Below, piece after piece: positions 36,565 through 45,276 of a DNA stretch of 48,106 bases. The stretch is from NCBI GenBank assembly GCA_036643515.1, contig JAVXRV010000002.1, positions 1 to 48,106 of the forward strand. Direction: 5' to 3'. The notes beneath the pieces were generated by a model. The model was not told the DNA's origin, did no database searches, and was given only the letters and a program-made list of their open reading frames with translations. Each line of letters starts with the position of its first letter. Position 1 is the first letter of the stretch. This stretch comes from Ruthenibacterium sp. (GTDB taxonomy: Bacteria > Bacillota > Clostridia > Oscillospirales > Ruminococcaceae). Position numbers and translations under genes: made by a program.

Positions 36565-37461
36565 ATGCAACGCAAACAAAAACGCGGATTTACGCTGATT
36601 GAAGTGATTGTGGTGTTGGCGATTACGGCCATTGTGGGCGGCATTGCGGTTCCGCTTGCGTATAACAGCAACAATGCCGTCAACGCGCGTGCGTGCCAAA
36701 GTAGCCGCGACAGTTTGTTTACTTATTTTATGATGAATAGAAAACTCAACGGTGGCACGGAAGATTTAAACGTATTTCTGGAGGATTACACCAAAAACAC
36801 CCATAAGGGCGACGAAGATTATGTGTTGCCGTGTCCGCAAGGCGGCACGTTTTACGCTGAAAAAGATATCGAAGCGCAAACGTCGGTGCAATGTACCGTA
36901 CATACCGGAAAAGTGGAAAGTAAATGGCTGTTTGATTATAAGGAAAAAGCGCGAGAATTGATGGATCTGAGAAATCAGCCGAAGGGCACGACCATCACCA
37001 TTGACGGAAGAACCTATACCAGTCTTGGCAATCAACAGGTAAAAGACAACACCACAGGCAAAGAATATAATATGAATGCCTCAACCAACACCAATATGAT
37101 TGAAATGTTGTATGCCGCGCATGGGTCGCAGTGGCCCACATTGGACATACCCAAAGATGCGCCTGGGGGACTGGATCAACTGACAAAGCCGCTTTTTGTG
37201 CTTCCGTATGCGGGACTGGATAACACAGCTTCTTACCCGATTGTTTTTGCATCGCCCAACAATACTTCCACTGGCAGTTGGGCGGCCACACTGGTGTATC
37301 TGCCGGATGAAGCGCAATGGTATCTTTGCCCGAACGGCGCCAAAAAAACCGCCAGCATTGCCGGATGGAACAAGAAAACTTATGATGAAATGCGCGCAGA
37401 ACTTGAAAATAACAAGTGGACAAAAATCACTTTTAATCCATCTGCGCCGAAAAAAGCATAA
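36565..37461 (+). CDS. Large type IV pilin/pseudopilin with class III signal peptide
   Basis: KQKRG|FTLIEVIVVLAI (Glu5); C...CPQGG...CTVH; long C-terminal extension. Confidence 0.88.
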   Translation: MQRKQKRGFTLIEVIVVLAITAIVGGIAVPLAYNSNNAVNARACQSSRDSLFTYFMMNRKLNGGTEDLNVFLEDYTKNTHKGDEDYVLPCPQGGTFYAEKDIEAQTSVQCTVHTGKVESKWLFDYKEKARELMDLRNQPKGTTITIDGRTYTSLGNQQVKDNTTGKEYNMNASTNTNMIEMLYAAHGSQWPTLDIPKDAPGGLDQLTKPLFVLPYAGLDNTASYPIVFASPNNTSTGSWAATLVYLPDEAQWYLCPNGAKKTASIAGWNKKTYDEMRAELENNKWTKITFNPSAPKKA

Positions 37462-37516
37462 AAACAGGCGCTGTTACAGATGTGTTATATATCTGCAACA
37501 GCGCCTGTTCTATTTT
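37462..37516. terminator. Bidirectional terminator
   Basis: AACAGGCGCTGTTACAGAT...ATCTGCAACAGCGCCTGTT. Confidence 0.7.
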
Positions 37517-37522
37517 CGTTGC

Positions 37523-38362
37523 TTATCGAATCAGATAAAAATAGCCGAGTACCAAGATACCGAGCACAATGCGATACCAGCCGAAGATTTTGAAATCGTG
37601 CTTTTTCACGTAGCTCATGAGGAAACGAATGCTCAAAACAGACACGATAAATGCCACGAGCATACCTGTGAGCAAAATGCCGATTTCCATGCCGGTGAAC
37701 GCGAAATCGAATTTCAGTAGTTTAATCAAACTCGCGCCCGCCATCGCGGGAATCGCCAAAAAGAACGTAAATTCGGCGGCAATGGTGCGTGAACAGCCGA
37801 GTAGCATTGCACCGAGAATGGTTGCGCCGCTGCGGCTTGTGCCCGGCACAAGCGAAAGCACTTGAAACAGGCCGATGCCAAGCGCGATGGGATACGTCAT
37901 TTGGTGAATGCGCCGCACGGCAAAACGGCGGCCTTTGGTGTAAAAAGTTTCGAGTAAAATAAAGAATACACCGTAGAGAATCAGCATCGCCGCGACAACC
38001 GGCGGGTTGTGCAAATGCTCTGTCATCCAGTCGTCGAGCGGTAGGCCAATCACCATGGCGGGCAAGGTGGCGACAACCACTTTAAACCACATGCTCCACA
38101 CGTCTTTTTTGCAGTAGCGGTCGATGAAGCCGCTTTCGGTGCGATTGTTGCAGAACGGCCAAAGTTTCGGCCAAAACAAAACCACCACCGCGAAAATGGC
38201 GCCAAGTTGAATCACGACATCAAATACGTCTTTAAATGCCGGTGTTACGCCAAGTTTTATCAATTCGTCCGCCAAAATCAAGTGGCCGGTGCTTGAGATG
38301 GGCAGCCATTCGGTGATGCCCTCGATGATGCCGAGAAGTGCCGCTTTAAAAATGTCTATCAT
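37523..38362 (-). CDS. uppP: Undecaprenyl-diphosphate phosphatase
   Basis: LGIIEGITEWLPISSTGHL, IQLGAI, PGTSRSGATI, AEFTFFLAIP. Confidence 0.96.
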   Translation of the reverse strand: MIDIFKAALLGIIEGITEWLPISSTGHLILADELIKLGVTPAFKDVFDVVIQLGAIFAVVVLFWPKLWPFCNNRTESGFIDRYCKKDVWSMWFKVVVATLPAMVIGLPLDDWMTEHLHNPPVVAAMLILYGVFFILLETFYTKGRRFAVRRIHQMTYPIALGIGLFQVLSLVPGTSRSGATILGAMLLGCSRTIAAEFTFFLAIPAMAGASLIKLLKFDFAFTGMEIGILLTGMLVAFIVSVLSIRFLMSYVKKHDFKIFGWYRIVLGILVLGYFYLIR

Positions 38363-38382
38363 GTTGATTCCTCCCCTATATC

Positions 38383-39144
38383 CTATGAATTTGTTTGCAG
38401 TGTAATGCCGACAGGACAGTGGTCGCTGCCGAGGACATCCGCACAAATAAACGCTGTGTCAAGTTTTTCTTGCAGCCGTTTGCTGATGATAAAATAATCA
38501 ATACGCCAACCCGCGTTGGTTTCGCGCGCATGCCGAAAATAGCTCCACCACGAATACGCGCCCGTTTCCGTCGGGTGCAGCGTGCGGAACGTATCGGCGA
38601 AACCGGCATCTAATAATTGCGTCAACTTTGCGCGTTCTTCGTCGCTGAAACCCGCTTTTCCGCGGTTCGGTTTGGGATTTTTAAGGTCGATGTCCTCATG
38701 CGCCACGTTTAAATCGCCGCAATATACCACAGGTTTTTCGACGTCGAGCGCACATAGATACGCGCGCAAATCATCCTCCCACGTCATGCGGTACGGCAGA
38801 CGCGCAAGTGCGTCTTGGCTGTTTGGCGTGTAGACATTGACGAGGTAAAAATCGGCAAATTCAAGCGTAATGGCACGGCCTTCGTGTGCGTGCTCGTCTT
38901 TTCCGATGTTATAACGCACGCTGATTGGTTCTTTTTTCGTAAATACCGCCGTACCCGAATAGCCTTTTTTGTCGGCGCTGTTCCAATATTGATAATAGCC
39001 GTCGGGGTTAAATTCCGCCTGCCCGATTTGCATTTTCGTTTCTTGCAAGCAAAAAATATCCGCGTCAAGCTGTGCAAAAATCGTGTCAAATCCTTTAGTT
39101 AAAACAGCTCTGAAGCCGTTTACATTCCATGATATCATTTTCAA
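38383..39144 (-). CDS. exoA: Exodeoxyribonuclease III / AP endonuclease
   Basis: ISWNVNG, CLQETK, GYSGT, YTPNS, GDLNVAH, YSWWSY, GWRIDY, SDHCP. TTG start after GGAGG. Confidence 0.95.
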   Translation of the reverse strand: MKMISWNVNGFRAVLTKGFDTIFAQLDADIFCLQETKMQIGQAEFNPDGYYQYWNSADKKGYSGTAVFTKKEPISVRYNIGKDEHAHEGRAITLEFADFYLVNVYTPNSQDALARLPYRMTWEDDLRAYLCALDVEKPVVYCGDLNVAHEDIDLKNPKPNRGKAGFSDEERAKLTQLLDAGFADTFRTLHPTETGAYSWWSYFRHARETNAGWRIDYFIISKRLQEKLDTAFICADVLGSDHCPVGITLQTNS

Positions 39145-39183
39145 AACGAGTGTCCTCCGTTTTTTTCTTCGCATTCTATTTGT

Positions 39184-39318
39184 ATTATAGCACAAATCAA
39201 ACATAATTTGTGCTATAATTGCGCGTCGCGTCGCGTGCGCATAGAAATAAAACATCATAATTGCAACTGCAATTATGATAGCACAAAGCACCCTGTCGTT
39301 ACAGACAAGGCGCTTATT
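39184..39318 (+). repeat. Multi-hairpin intergenic element, copy A
   Basis: 39184-39262 matches 42239-42317 at 64/79 ungapped (manual count); downstream hairpins are also similar. Confidence 0.8.
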
Positions 39319-39320
39319 TT

Positions 39321-40223
39321 TTAGGTCGGCGCAAAAATATTGGCAAGAATCAGCAAGCTGCACAAAAGAAGATAACTGCCCATGCCGACATTGCAAAGCG
39401 TCGCCCGCACCGGATGCGGCGGCAGCGGCTGTGTGCCCGACTCGTAGGAAATGCGGTGCGAAAACAGTACAAAAAGAACGCTCGCCGCGCACATCAGCGC
39501 CAGAATGAGCGCCATGCCAAACATCGCTGTAACGTTGTTTTGTGTGAGCAGCGGCATACCGATGACACCGACGAAATTGACCCCGATATGCAGGGCAATG
39601 GTGTTCGCAATTCGGCCTGTTTTGGCGTATACAACGCAAAAAAATGCGCCGAGCACAAACGCATACAAAAGCTGTGACAAATTGCCGTGCATCATGCCGA
39701 ACAAAAGGCCGCCAATCAAACTATATGCAAGCGTGCCATATTGGCCGATTTTGCGGTAAATCCATTTGCGAAAGAAAAATTCTTCGCCGACGGGGGCAAG
39801 GATGCAGCCGATGATTAAATTGTACGCAAAACTGCTGTTTGAAACGGCATTTGCCACGGGATTGTTGATGGGGCTACCTTTGAGCAGTGCCAAAATGCCG
39901 TTGATTCCAAACGAGATAGCATTGCACAAATAGGCGCTGCCAAGGCAGAACACAAAGCACAAAAGCAATATTTTTGGCGGCAGTGTGTGTTTTTCCGGCG
40001 CGACGGTGTTTGGCATTTTGCGCAGCAGCAACAGCAACATCGGCATACCGACTGCGTAAAGCGGCACATAACTGCTCACCCAAATAAACCAATCGGCCTG
40101 TAAGAGCGTCGGCGCAAGCGCACCGACTGCACTGACACACACAATGCTGAAAATTTGTGTTGAAAACAAAAGCATAAAATAACAAATGCCAAGCTGCGAA
40201 CAGGTTTTACGATAGGTTGTCAT
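39321..40223 (-). CDS. CPBP (Abi/CAAX) family intramembrane metalloprotease
   Basis: APVGEEFFFR, FGMMH, IALHIGVN; multiple TM. Confidence 0.9.
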   Translation of the reverse strand: MTTYRKTCSQLGICYFMLLFSTQIFSIVCVSAVGALAPTLLQADWFIWVSSYVPLYAVGMPMLLLLLRKMPNTVAPEKHTLPPKILLLCFVFCLGSAYLCNAISFGINGILALLKGSPINNPVANAVSNSSFAYNLIIGCILAPVGEEFFFRKWIYRKIGQYGTLAYSLIGGLLFGMMHGNLSQLLYAFVLGAFFCVVYAKTGRIANTIALHIGVNFVGVIGMPLLTQNNVTAMFGMALILALMCAASVLFVLFSHRISYESGTQPLPPHPVRATLCNVGMGSYLLLCSLLILANIFAPT

Positions 40224-40272
40224 CATTTTCCTCCGTGTAAATCGACAGCATTTTGCCGAAGATAGGCCAATT

Positions 40273-41355
40273 TTAAAGCAGCTCACACAAAATGCTGTTT
40301 TGCAAAAGCATGCCTTTTGGCGTGAGGCGCAGTATTTGATTTTCAATCGTTGCCATGTCGTTTTTACACAGCGTTTGCAAAAATTCACACTGCTTTTCGT
40401 CAAAAACAACGCCGTAATTTTGCTGCAATGCCCGCAGCGACAATCCTGCTGTCAGCCGCAATTGCAGCATCATATAGTCGGTTGCCGTAACGTCGCCCTG
40501 CGGCTCATACACCGTCGGCGTCGCCACAAACGCAGCCGTGCCGGACGGTGTCGCAAAGCGCTTTCCGGCAAGACAGCTGTGTGCGGCCGGACCAAGCCCA
40601 AGATGATTTTCACAATTCCAGTAAAGCAAATTATGCCGACCGGCAAAATTGTCCTTTGCAAAATTTGAAATTTCATACTGCGCATAGCCGCGTGCGGTCA
40701 ATTGTTCCACCGCCGCCAAATAAAAGTCGGCTGACGCGTCGGCATCGGGCAAATTTGCGGGCGGACGCTTGCCAAATACAGTTTGCGGCTCTATTTTCAA
40801 AAGATAGCTGCTGATATGCGTGCAGCCGCCCTGTTCGAGCAAATCGAGCGTCGCGGTCAATTCCGCAAGCGTGTAGTCGGGCAGCGCAAGCATCAAATCT
40901 CCGCTGATATTTTCAAACCCCGCCTGCTGTGCAAAGCGCATGGCATCGCGGCTTTGCTGTGCTGTGTGCCGTCGGCCGAGCCGTTTTAAGCTTGCGTCAA
41001 ACGCCGTTTGCACGCCAAACGAAATGCGGTTCACCCCTGCCGCGCGAAAATCGCACAGCAAGTTCTGCGTCACCGTTTCGGGGTTTGCCTCAAGCGTAAT
41101 TTCGGCATCGGGCGCAAGACAAGCGGCGTCAATCAGCCTTTTTACCTGTTGTGGCGTGAGCAAAGACGGTGTGCCACCACCAAAATAAAGCGTATCAAAT
41201 GTTGACACATCGCCGTTTTTTACAAAGCGTGCCAACTCCCGCAAGAGCGCGTCCGGATATATTTCCGGCACGCCATGGCTGCCGCCCGCAGAATAAAAAT
41301 CGCAGTAATTGCACTTCGACGCGCAATAAGGAATGTGCAGATAAAGACCGGTCAT
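40273..41355 (-). CDS. hemW: Radical SAM heme chaperone HemW
   Basis: YLHIPYCASKCNYCDF, GGGTPS, EANP, QYEISNF, HNLLYW. Confidence 0.92.
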   Translation of the reverse strand: MTGLYLHIPYCASKCNYCDFYSAGGSHGVPEIYPDALLRELARFVKNGDVSTFDTLYFGGGTPSLLTPQQVKRLIDAACLAPDAEITLEANPETVTQNLLCDFRAAGVNRISFGVQTAFDASLKRLGRRHTAQQSRDAMRFAQQAGFENISGDLMLALPDYTLAELTATLDLLEQGGCTHISSYLLKIEPQTVFGKRPPANLPDADASADFYLAAVEQLTARGYAQYEISNFAKDNFAGRHNLLYWNCENHLGLGPAAHSCLAGKRFATPSGTAAFVATPTVYEPQGDVTATDYMMLQLRLTAGLSLRALQQNYGVVFDEKQCEFLQTLCKNDMATIENQILRLTPKGMLLQNSILCELL

Positions 41356-41455
41356 CGGTGCTCCTTTCAAAATAATGCAAAGCCTACTTGACAGTTTTTG
41401 CAAAGTTTGCTATACTATTTTTGCGAAGTAAACTTTGCATTTGGAGGTGTACTGC

Positions 41456-41692
41456 ATTAAAAACAAAATCAAAGAACTGCGAAAAAGCCGTAAAATGTCG
41501 CAGGAAGAACTCGCGTTCGTCGTTGGCACCACACGGCAGACCATCACCTCGATTGAGGTGGAAAAATACACAGCATCGCTCGCGCTTGCTTATAAAATAG
41601 CGCATTGTTTTGGGCTGTGCGTGGAAGATGTATTCGATTTTTCTGCGCTTGAGGCAGAGATGGAAGGAATGAAAGAAAATGGACGCTTATAG
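41456..41692 (+). CDS. XRE/Cro helix-turn-helix regulator (probable ATT start)
   Basis: KNKIKELRK..MSQEELA..VGTTRQTI.SIE..KY..SL.LA.KIA. SD GGAGGTG 6 nt before ATT. Confidence 0.88.
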   Translation: MKNKIKELRKSRKMSQEELAFVVGTTRQTITSIEVEKYTASLALAYKIAHCFGLCVEDVFDFSALEAEMEGMKENGRL

Positions 41693-42116
41693 AAGAAAAA
41701 TCAAACAGCGCATCGTGGTTTATATCTTACTCGATTTTCTGCTCGTTGCAATTTTGCTCTGTGACCAATTTATCGAAAGCGCCGCGCTGCAAAGCAGCAT
41801 TGTTTTTGCGTTTCAGTGCGGAATTGCTGCCGCCGCTATTTTGATGATTTGCGTTAAAATCATTCATTATCGCAAAATTTTAGAGGACGATACCAAGCTG
41901 ACACTGCAATACAACCGCGAAAACGACGAGCGCACCAAGGCCATTCGTACAAAGGCCGGCATGCCGATGGTGCTGTTTTTGAGCGCACTGCTCATTTTGG
42001 CGGGCATGGTTGCCGGATATTGGAGCGAAGTTGTTTTTGCAACGCTGGTGATTGCCGCATTGGTGCAGCTTTGCATTGCCGCGCTTGTGAAATTGTATGC
42101 GATGAAAACGATGTAA
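41679..42116 (+). CDS. Hypothetical four-TM membrane protein coupled to the XRE regulator
   Basis: Four hydrophobic segments with a central DER motif; overlaps the XRE stop by 14 nt. Confidence 0.8.
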   Translation: MDAYRRKIKQRIVVYILLDFLLVAILLCDQFIESAALQSSIVFAFQCGIAAAAILMICVKIIHYRKILEDDTKLTLQYNRENDERTKAIRTKAGMPMVLFLSALLILAGMVAGYWSEVVFATLVIAALVQLCIAALVKLYAMKTM

Positions 42117-42143
42117 TGGCATCGCGAAAGGACGTAAAACCGT

Positions 42144-42215
42144 ATGGTAGCACAAGAAAAGCTCGCCGTTCTCGCCAAAATTGCGCGTGCATTCCAACAA
42201 GAAAAAATCACTTGA
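42144..42215 (+). pseudogene. Probable truncated gene remnant (23 codons)
   Basis: SD AAAGGA, MVAQEKLAVLAKIARAFQQEKIT-stop, ending just before repeat copy B. Confidence 0.4.
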
Positions 42216-42238
42216 TTGCCGCGTTTTCTGCTTCTGTT

Positions 42239-42379
42239 ATTGTATCATAAATCATTCTTGATTTGTGATACAATTGCGCGTCGCGTAGCGTGCACATAGA
42301 AATATTGTATCATAATTTTGCAGTCTGTGCAAAGCGCCATTGTCAACCTTTTTAAAATTTTGGTTGACAATGGCGCTTT
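42239..42379 (+). repeat. Multi-hairpin intergenic element, copy B
   Basis: Direct-repeat paralog of 39184-39318 with compensatory changes in the first stem. Confidence 0.8.
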
Positions 42380-42391
42380 TTTGATTATAAT
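42341..42391 (+). promoter_or_regulatory. BirA operator overlapping the SigA promoter of birA-bioY
   Basis: TGTCAAC-N15-GTTGACA fits the Bacillota BirA-box consensus; TTGACA (42364)-16 nt-TATAAT (42386). Confidence 0.85.
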
Positions 42392-42423
42392 AAACATAGA
42401 AACAATTGAAAGGGGGCAAAAAT

Positions 42424-43416
42424 ATGACCACAAAACAGTCCCTTTTGGCGCAACTTGAGCTACACAAAGGCAGCGTGCTTTCCGGTGAGGCGCTTGCGAC
42501 AGCGCTTTGCGTATCGCGCACCGCCATCTGGAAAGCCGTGAAAGATTTGCAAAAGGCCGGCTATCCCATCGACGCTGTGCCGCATGCGGGTTACACGCTT
42601 TCGCAAAACAGCGACACATTGTCGGCAGAGGCGATTCGCCCATTGCTGCACTGGCATGGCGGCGATGTGATTGTGGAATCGTGCATGGATTCCACCAACA
42701 CGCGCGCAAAACAGCTTGCCGCCGCCGGTGCGCCGCACGGTACACTTGTGGTGGCGAATGAGCAGACCGCCGGACGCGGGCGGCGTGGACGCAGCTTTCA
42801 TTCGCCGGCCGGCAGCGGGCTGTATTTGTCGATGATTTTGCGCAATTCTCTGCCGATGGAAAGTGCGGCGCTCGTGACAAGCGCGGCCGCCGTTGCCGTG
42901 TGTCATGCGGTGCAAAGCGTCTGCGGGCTTGCGTTGCAAATCAAGTGGGTGAACGATCTCTACAAAGACGGCAAAAAATGTTGCGGCATATTGACCGAAG
43001 CATCGGCTGATTTTGAAACCGGCGGCGTCGATTATGTCGTGGTGGGCATCGGCGTGAATGTGCGCGAGCCTGCGGGCGGCTTTCCGGCAGACATTGAAAA
43101 AATCGCCACAGCGCTCTATGCGCAAGAGGCAAACGTGCCGCGCAGCCGTCTTGCCGCTGCCATTGCAAACGAAGTGTTTGCGCTCGCAAACACACTGCCC
43201 GACACAGCTTTTATGGCCGAATATCGCGCGCGCAATCTCATTCCCGGCCGCGATATTTTTGTGCTGCAAAACGGCACAAAACGCGCCGCGCATGCGCTCA
43301 ATATCACCGACAGCGGCCATCTGCTGGTCGAATTTGCGGGCGGCGACACCGAAGAAATTTCTTTTGGCGAAGTAAGCATCCGCTTACAATCATCATATAC
43401 AGGAGAAAAATCATGA
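42424..43416 (+). CDS. birA: Bifunctional biotin ligase/repressor BirA (class II)
   Basis: HTH SGEALA..LCVSRTAIWK, DSTN, QTAGRGRRGRSF, KWVND, KCCGILTE. Confidence 0.95.
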   Translation: MTTKQSLLAQLELHKGSVLSGEALATALCVSRTAIWKAVKDLQKAGYPIDAVPHAGYTLSQNSDTLSAEAIRPLLHWHGGDVIVESCMDSTNTRAKQLAAAGAPHGTLVVANEQTAGRGRRGRSFHSPAGSGLYLSMILRNSLPMESAALVTSAAAVAVCHAVQSVCGLALQIKWVNDLYKDGKKCCGILTEASADFETGGVDYVVVGIGVNVREPAGGFPADIEKIATALYAQEANVPRSRLAAAIANEVFALANTLPDTAFMAEYRARNLIPGRDIFVLQNGTKRAAHALNITDSGHLLVEFAGGDTEEISFGEVSIRLQSSYTGEKS

Positions 43417-43946
43417 AAAAATATACCACAAAAACGCTCATTTTAATCGCACTTTTCGCCGCATTGACTGCCGTTTTGGCACAAATTCAACTGCCCATCG
43501 GCCCTGTGCCGTTTAACCTTGCGGTGCTCGGCGCATTTTTGGCCGGTATGCTGCTGCCACCGCTCGCCGCCACCCTCAGCATGGGCGTGTACATGATGCT
43601 CGGCATCATCGGCATTCCGGTTTTCGCCGGCTTTATGGGCGGCCCGGCGGTGCTGTTTGGCAAAACCGGCGGCTATGTGCTCGGCTATCTTGCCATTGCT
43701 TTTTGCACGGCGCTTGCCATGCAAAAAAGCGGAAAAATCGTCGTTGTCGCGTGCAGTATGGCGTTCGGTCTTGCTGTCTGCTACACGCTCGGCACCATTT
43801 GGTTTATGATTTTCACAGGAATGGGTCTTGTGCAAAGCCTTACCTTCTGCGTGATACCGTTTATAATCCCCGATATCGTCAAAGGCATTTGCGCATGGCT
43901 TCTCGGCAAAACTTTACAGACAAGATTGTCTGTGGCCGTGAAATAA
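43413..43946 (+). CDS. bioY: Biotin ECF transporter S component BioY
   Basis: ALFAALTAVLAQI..P..PVPF, G.PVFAG..GG, TGGY..GY, PFIIPD..K. Confidence 0.93.
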   Translation: MKKYTTKTLILIALFAALTAVLAQIQLPIGPVPFNLAVLGAFLAGMLLPPLAATLSMGVYMMLGIIGIPVFAGFMGGPAVLFGKTGGYVLGYLAIAFCTALAMQKSGKIVVVACSMAFGLAVCYTLGTIWFMIFTGMGLVQSLTFCVIPFIIPDIVKGICAWLLGKTLQTRLSVAVK

Positions 43947-43956
43947 AAGCTCCCTC

Positions 43957-44004
43957 AACAAAAAAAATCCTCGACAAAAAATGTCGGGGATTTTTGTTGC
44001 TTTT
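43957..44004. terminator. Bidirectional terminator
   Basis: AAAAATCCTCGACA...TGTCGGGGATTTTT. Confidence 0.7.
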
Positions 44005-44017
44005 ACCAAAATATAGG

Positions 44018-45253
44018 TCAAAATGCCCATTCGCCGTCTTTGAAAATCTCGACAACATCGCCTGTTTTCGTCAGACCCGTGATGTGCATATCGGCAGAGC
44101 CAACCATCACGTCCTCGTGAATAAGGCTGTCGTTCACACCTTTTTCCATGAGCTGCGGAATCGTCATCTGCGCGCCGCCTTTGACCGTGCCCGGATACCC
44201 TTGCCCAAACGCGATATGGCAAGCGGCATTTTCGTCAAACAGCGTGTTGTAGAACAAAACGCCGCTTTTGTTGATGGGACTGGACGCCGGCACAAGCGCC
44301 ACTTCGCCGATGTGCCGCGCACCTTCGTCGGTGTCAAGCAGTTTGCCAAGCAGTTCTTTGCCGCTTGTTGCGTCATAATCGACAACCACACCGTCCTTGA
44401 ATGTCACGGAAAAATTTTCAATCAAATTGCCGTTATAGACATACGGTTTTGTGCCCTTGACCACGCCATTTGTGCCAAGCCGATGCGGCGCGGTGAACAC
44501 TTCCTCCGTCGGGATATTCGCGATAAACGCATAGCCCTCCGGCGTTTTGCTCTGCGCACCCTCCCAGACATTGTCGTCCGCGAGTGCGACGGTCAAATCC
44601 GTGCCGTTTGCGCTCATCAAATGCACACTGGCAAGGTTGAAATCGTTCATTTTATCGCGCCATTTTATCATTTTGGCAATATGTTCTTTCCATGCGGCCA
44701 CCACATCGCCGCCCGTGACACGGCAGACATCGAAAATTGCGTTCCAAAGCTGTTCAACGGCTTCGTCGGTCGGCAAATTCGGAAACACCTTTTTCGCCCA
44801 TGCATCGCCCGGAATCGCCACAATGCTCCATTGCACAAGGTCGTTCATTGTATAGTGACGGCGCGGTTTTGCGGCTTTACTGAGCGCAATGTGTGCTCGG
44901 TCTACTTTTTCGCTGTCAATGCCGGCATAAATTTCGGGGTCTTCGGCGATGATATGCAGATAACACGCGCCGCCCTCACTCTCAAGATATTGCAAATGGC
45001 GCTGTTCTTTCCACGGTTTCACATCTTCGAGCACGGTGATGTCGTTGTGCATCATCTGAATGCGCGACAATTTTTCGTCGTTGTAAAACACAACAACCTC
45101 ACGCACGCCGCAGGTGTAAGCCACCTCGGCACACGCGCGCGCAAATGCCGCGCCCTCAATCGGCGCATTGATGAGCAGTGTCTGCCCTTTTTGCGGATTT
45201 GTGCCGATTTTTACGGCAAATTCCGCGTATTGTTTCATCAAATTGACATCCAT
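44018..45253 (-). CDS. Aminopeptidase, M29 (AmpS/PepS/AmpT) family
   Basis: ANIPTEEVFTAP, GEVALV, FYNTLFDENAACHIAFG, SLIHEDVMVG. Alternative start at 45259. Confidence 0.93.
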   Translation of the reverse strand: MDVNLMKQYAEFAVKIGTNPQKGQTLLINAPIEGAAFARACAEVAYTCGVREVVVFYNDEKLSRIQMMHNDITVLEDVKPWKEQRHLQYLESEGGACYLHIIAEDPEIYAGIDSEKVDRAHIALSKAAKPRRHYTMNDLVQWSIVAIPGDAWAKKVFPNLPTDEAVEQLWNAIFDVCRVTGGDVVAAWKEHIAKMIKWRDKMNDFNLASVHLMSANGTDLTVALADDNVWEGAQSKTPEGYAFIANIPTEEVFTAPHRLGTNGVVKGTKPYVYNGNLIENFSVTFKDGVVVDYDATSGKELLGKLLDTDEGARHIGEVALVPASSPINKSGVLFYNTLFDENAACHIAFGQGYPGTVKGGAQMTIPQLMEKGVNDSLIHEDVMVGSADMHITGLTKTGDVVEIFKDGEWAF

Positions 45254-45276
45254 TTTCATTCTCCTCTATCTCTTTT

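Noticed and set aside
39145-39639. Long N-terminal extensions in the ORF track for exoA (also pheA, IclR, TetR, CPBP, uppP)
   Set aside because: They cross promoters, terminators or neighbouring genes; SD-supported starts lie downstream.
39321-40223. CPBP/'Abi' protein as a phage defence gene
   Set aside because: The Abi label for this family is historical; motifs indicate an ordinary intramembrane protease and there is no defence context.
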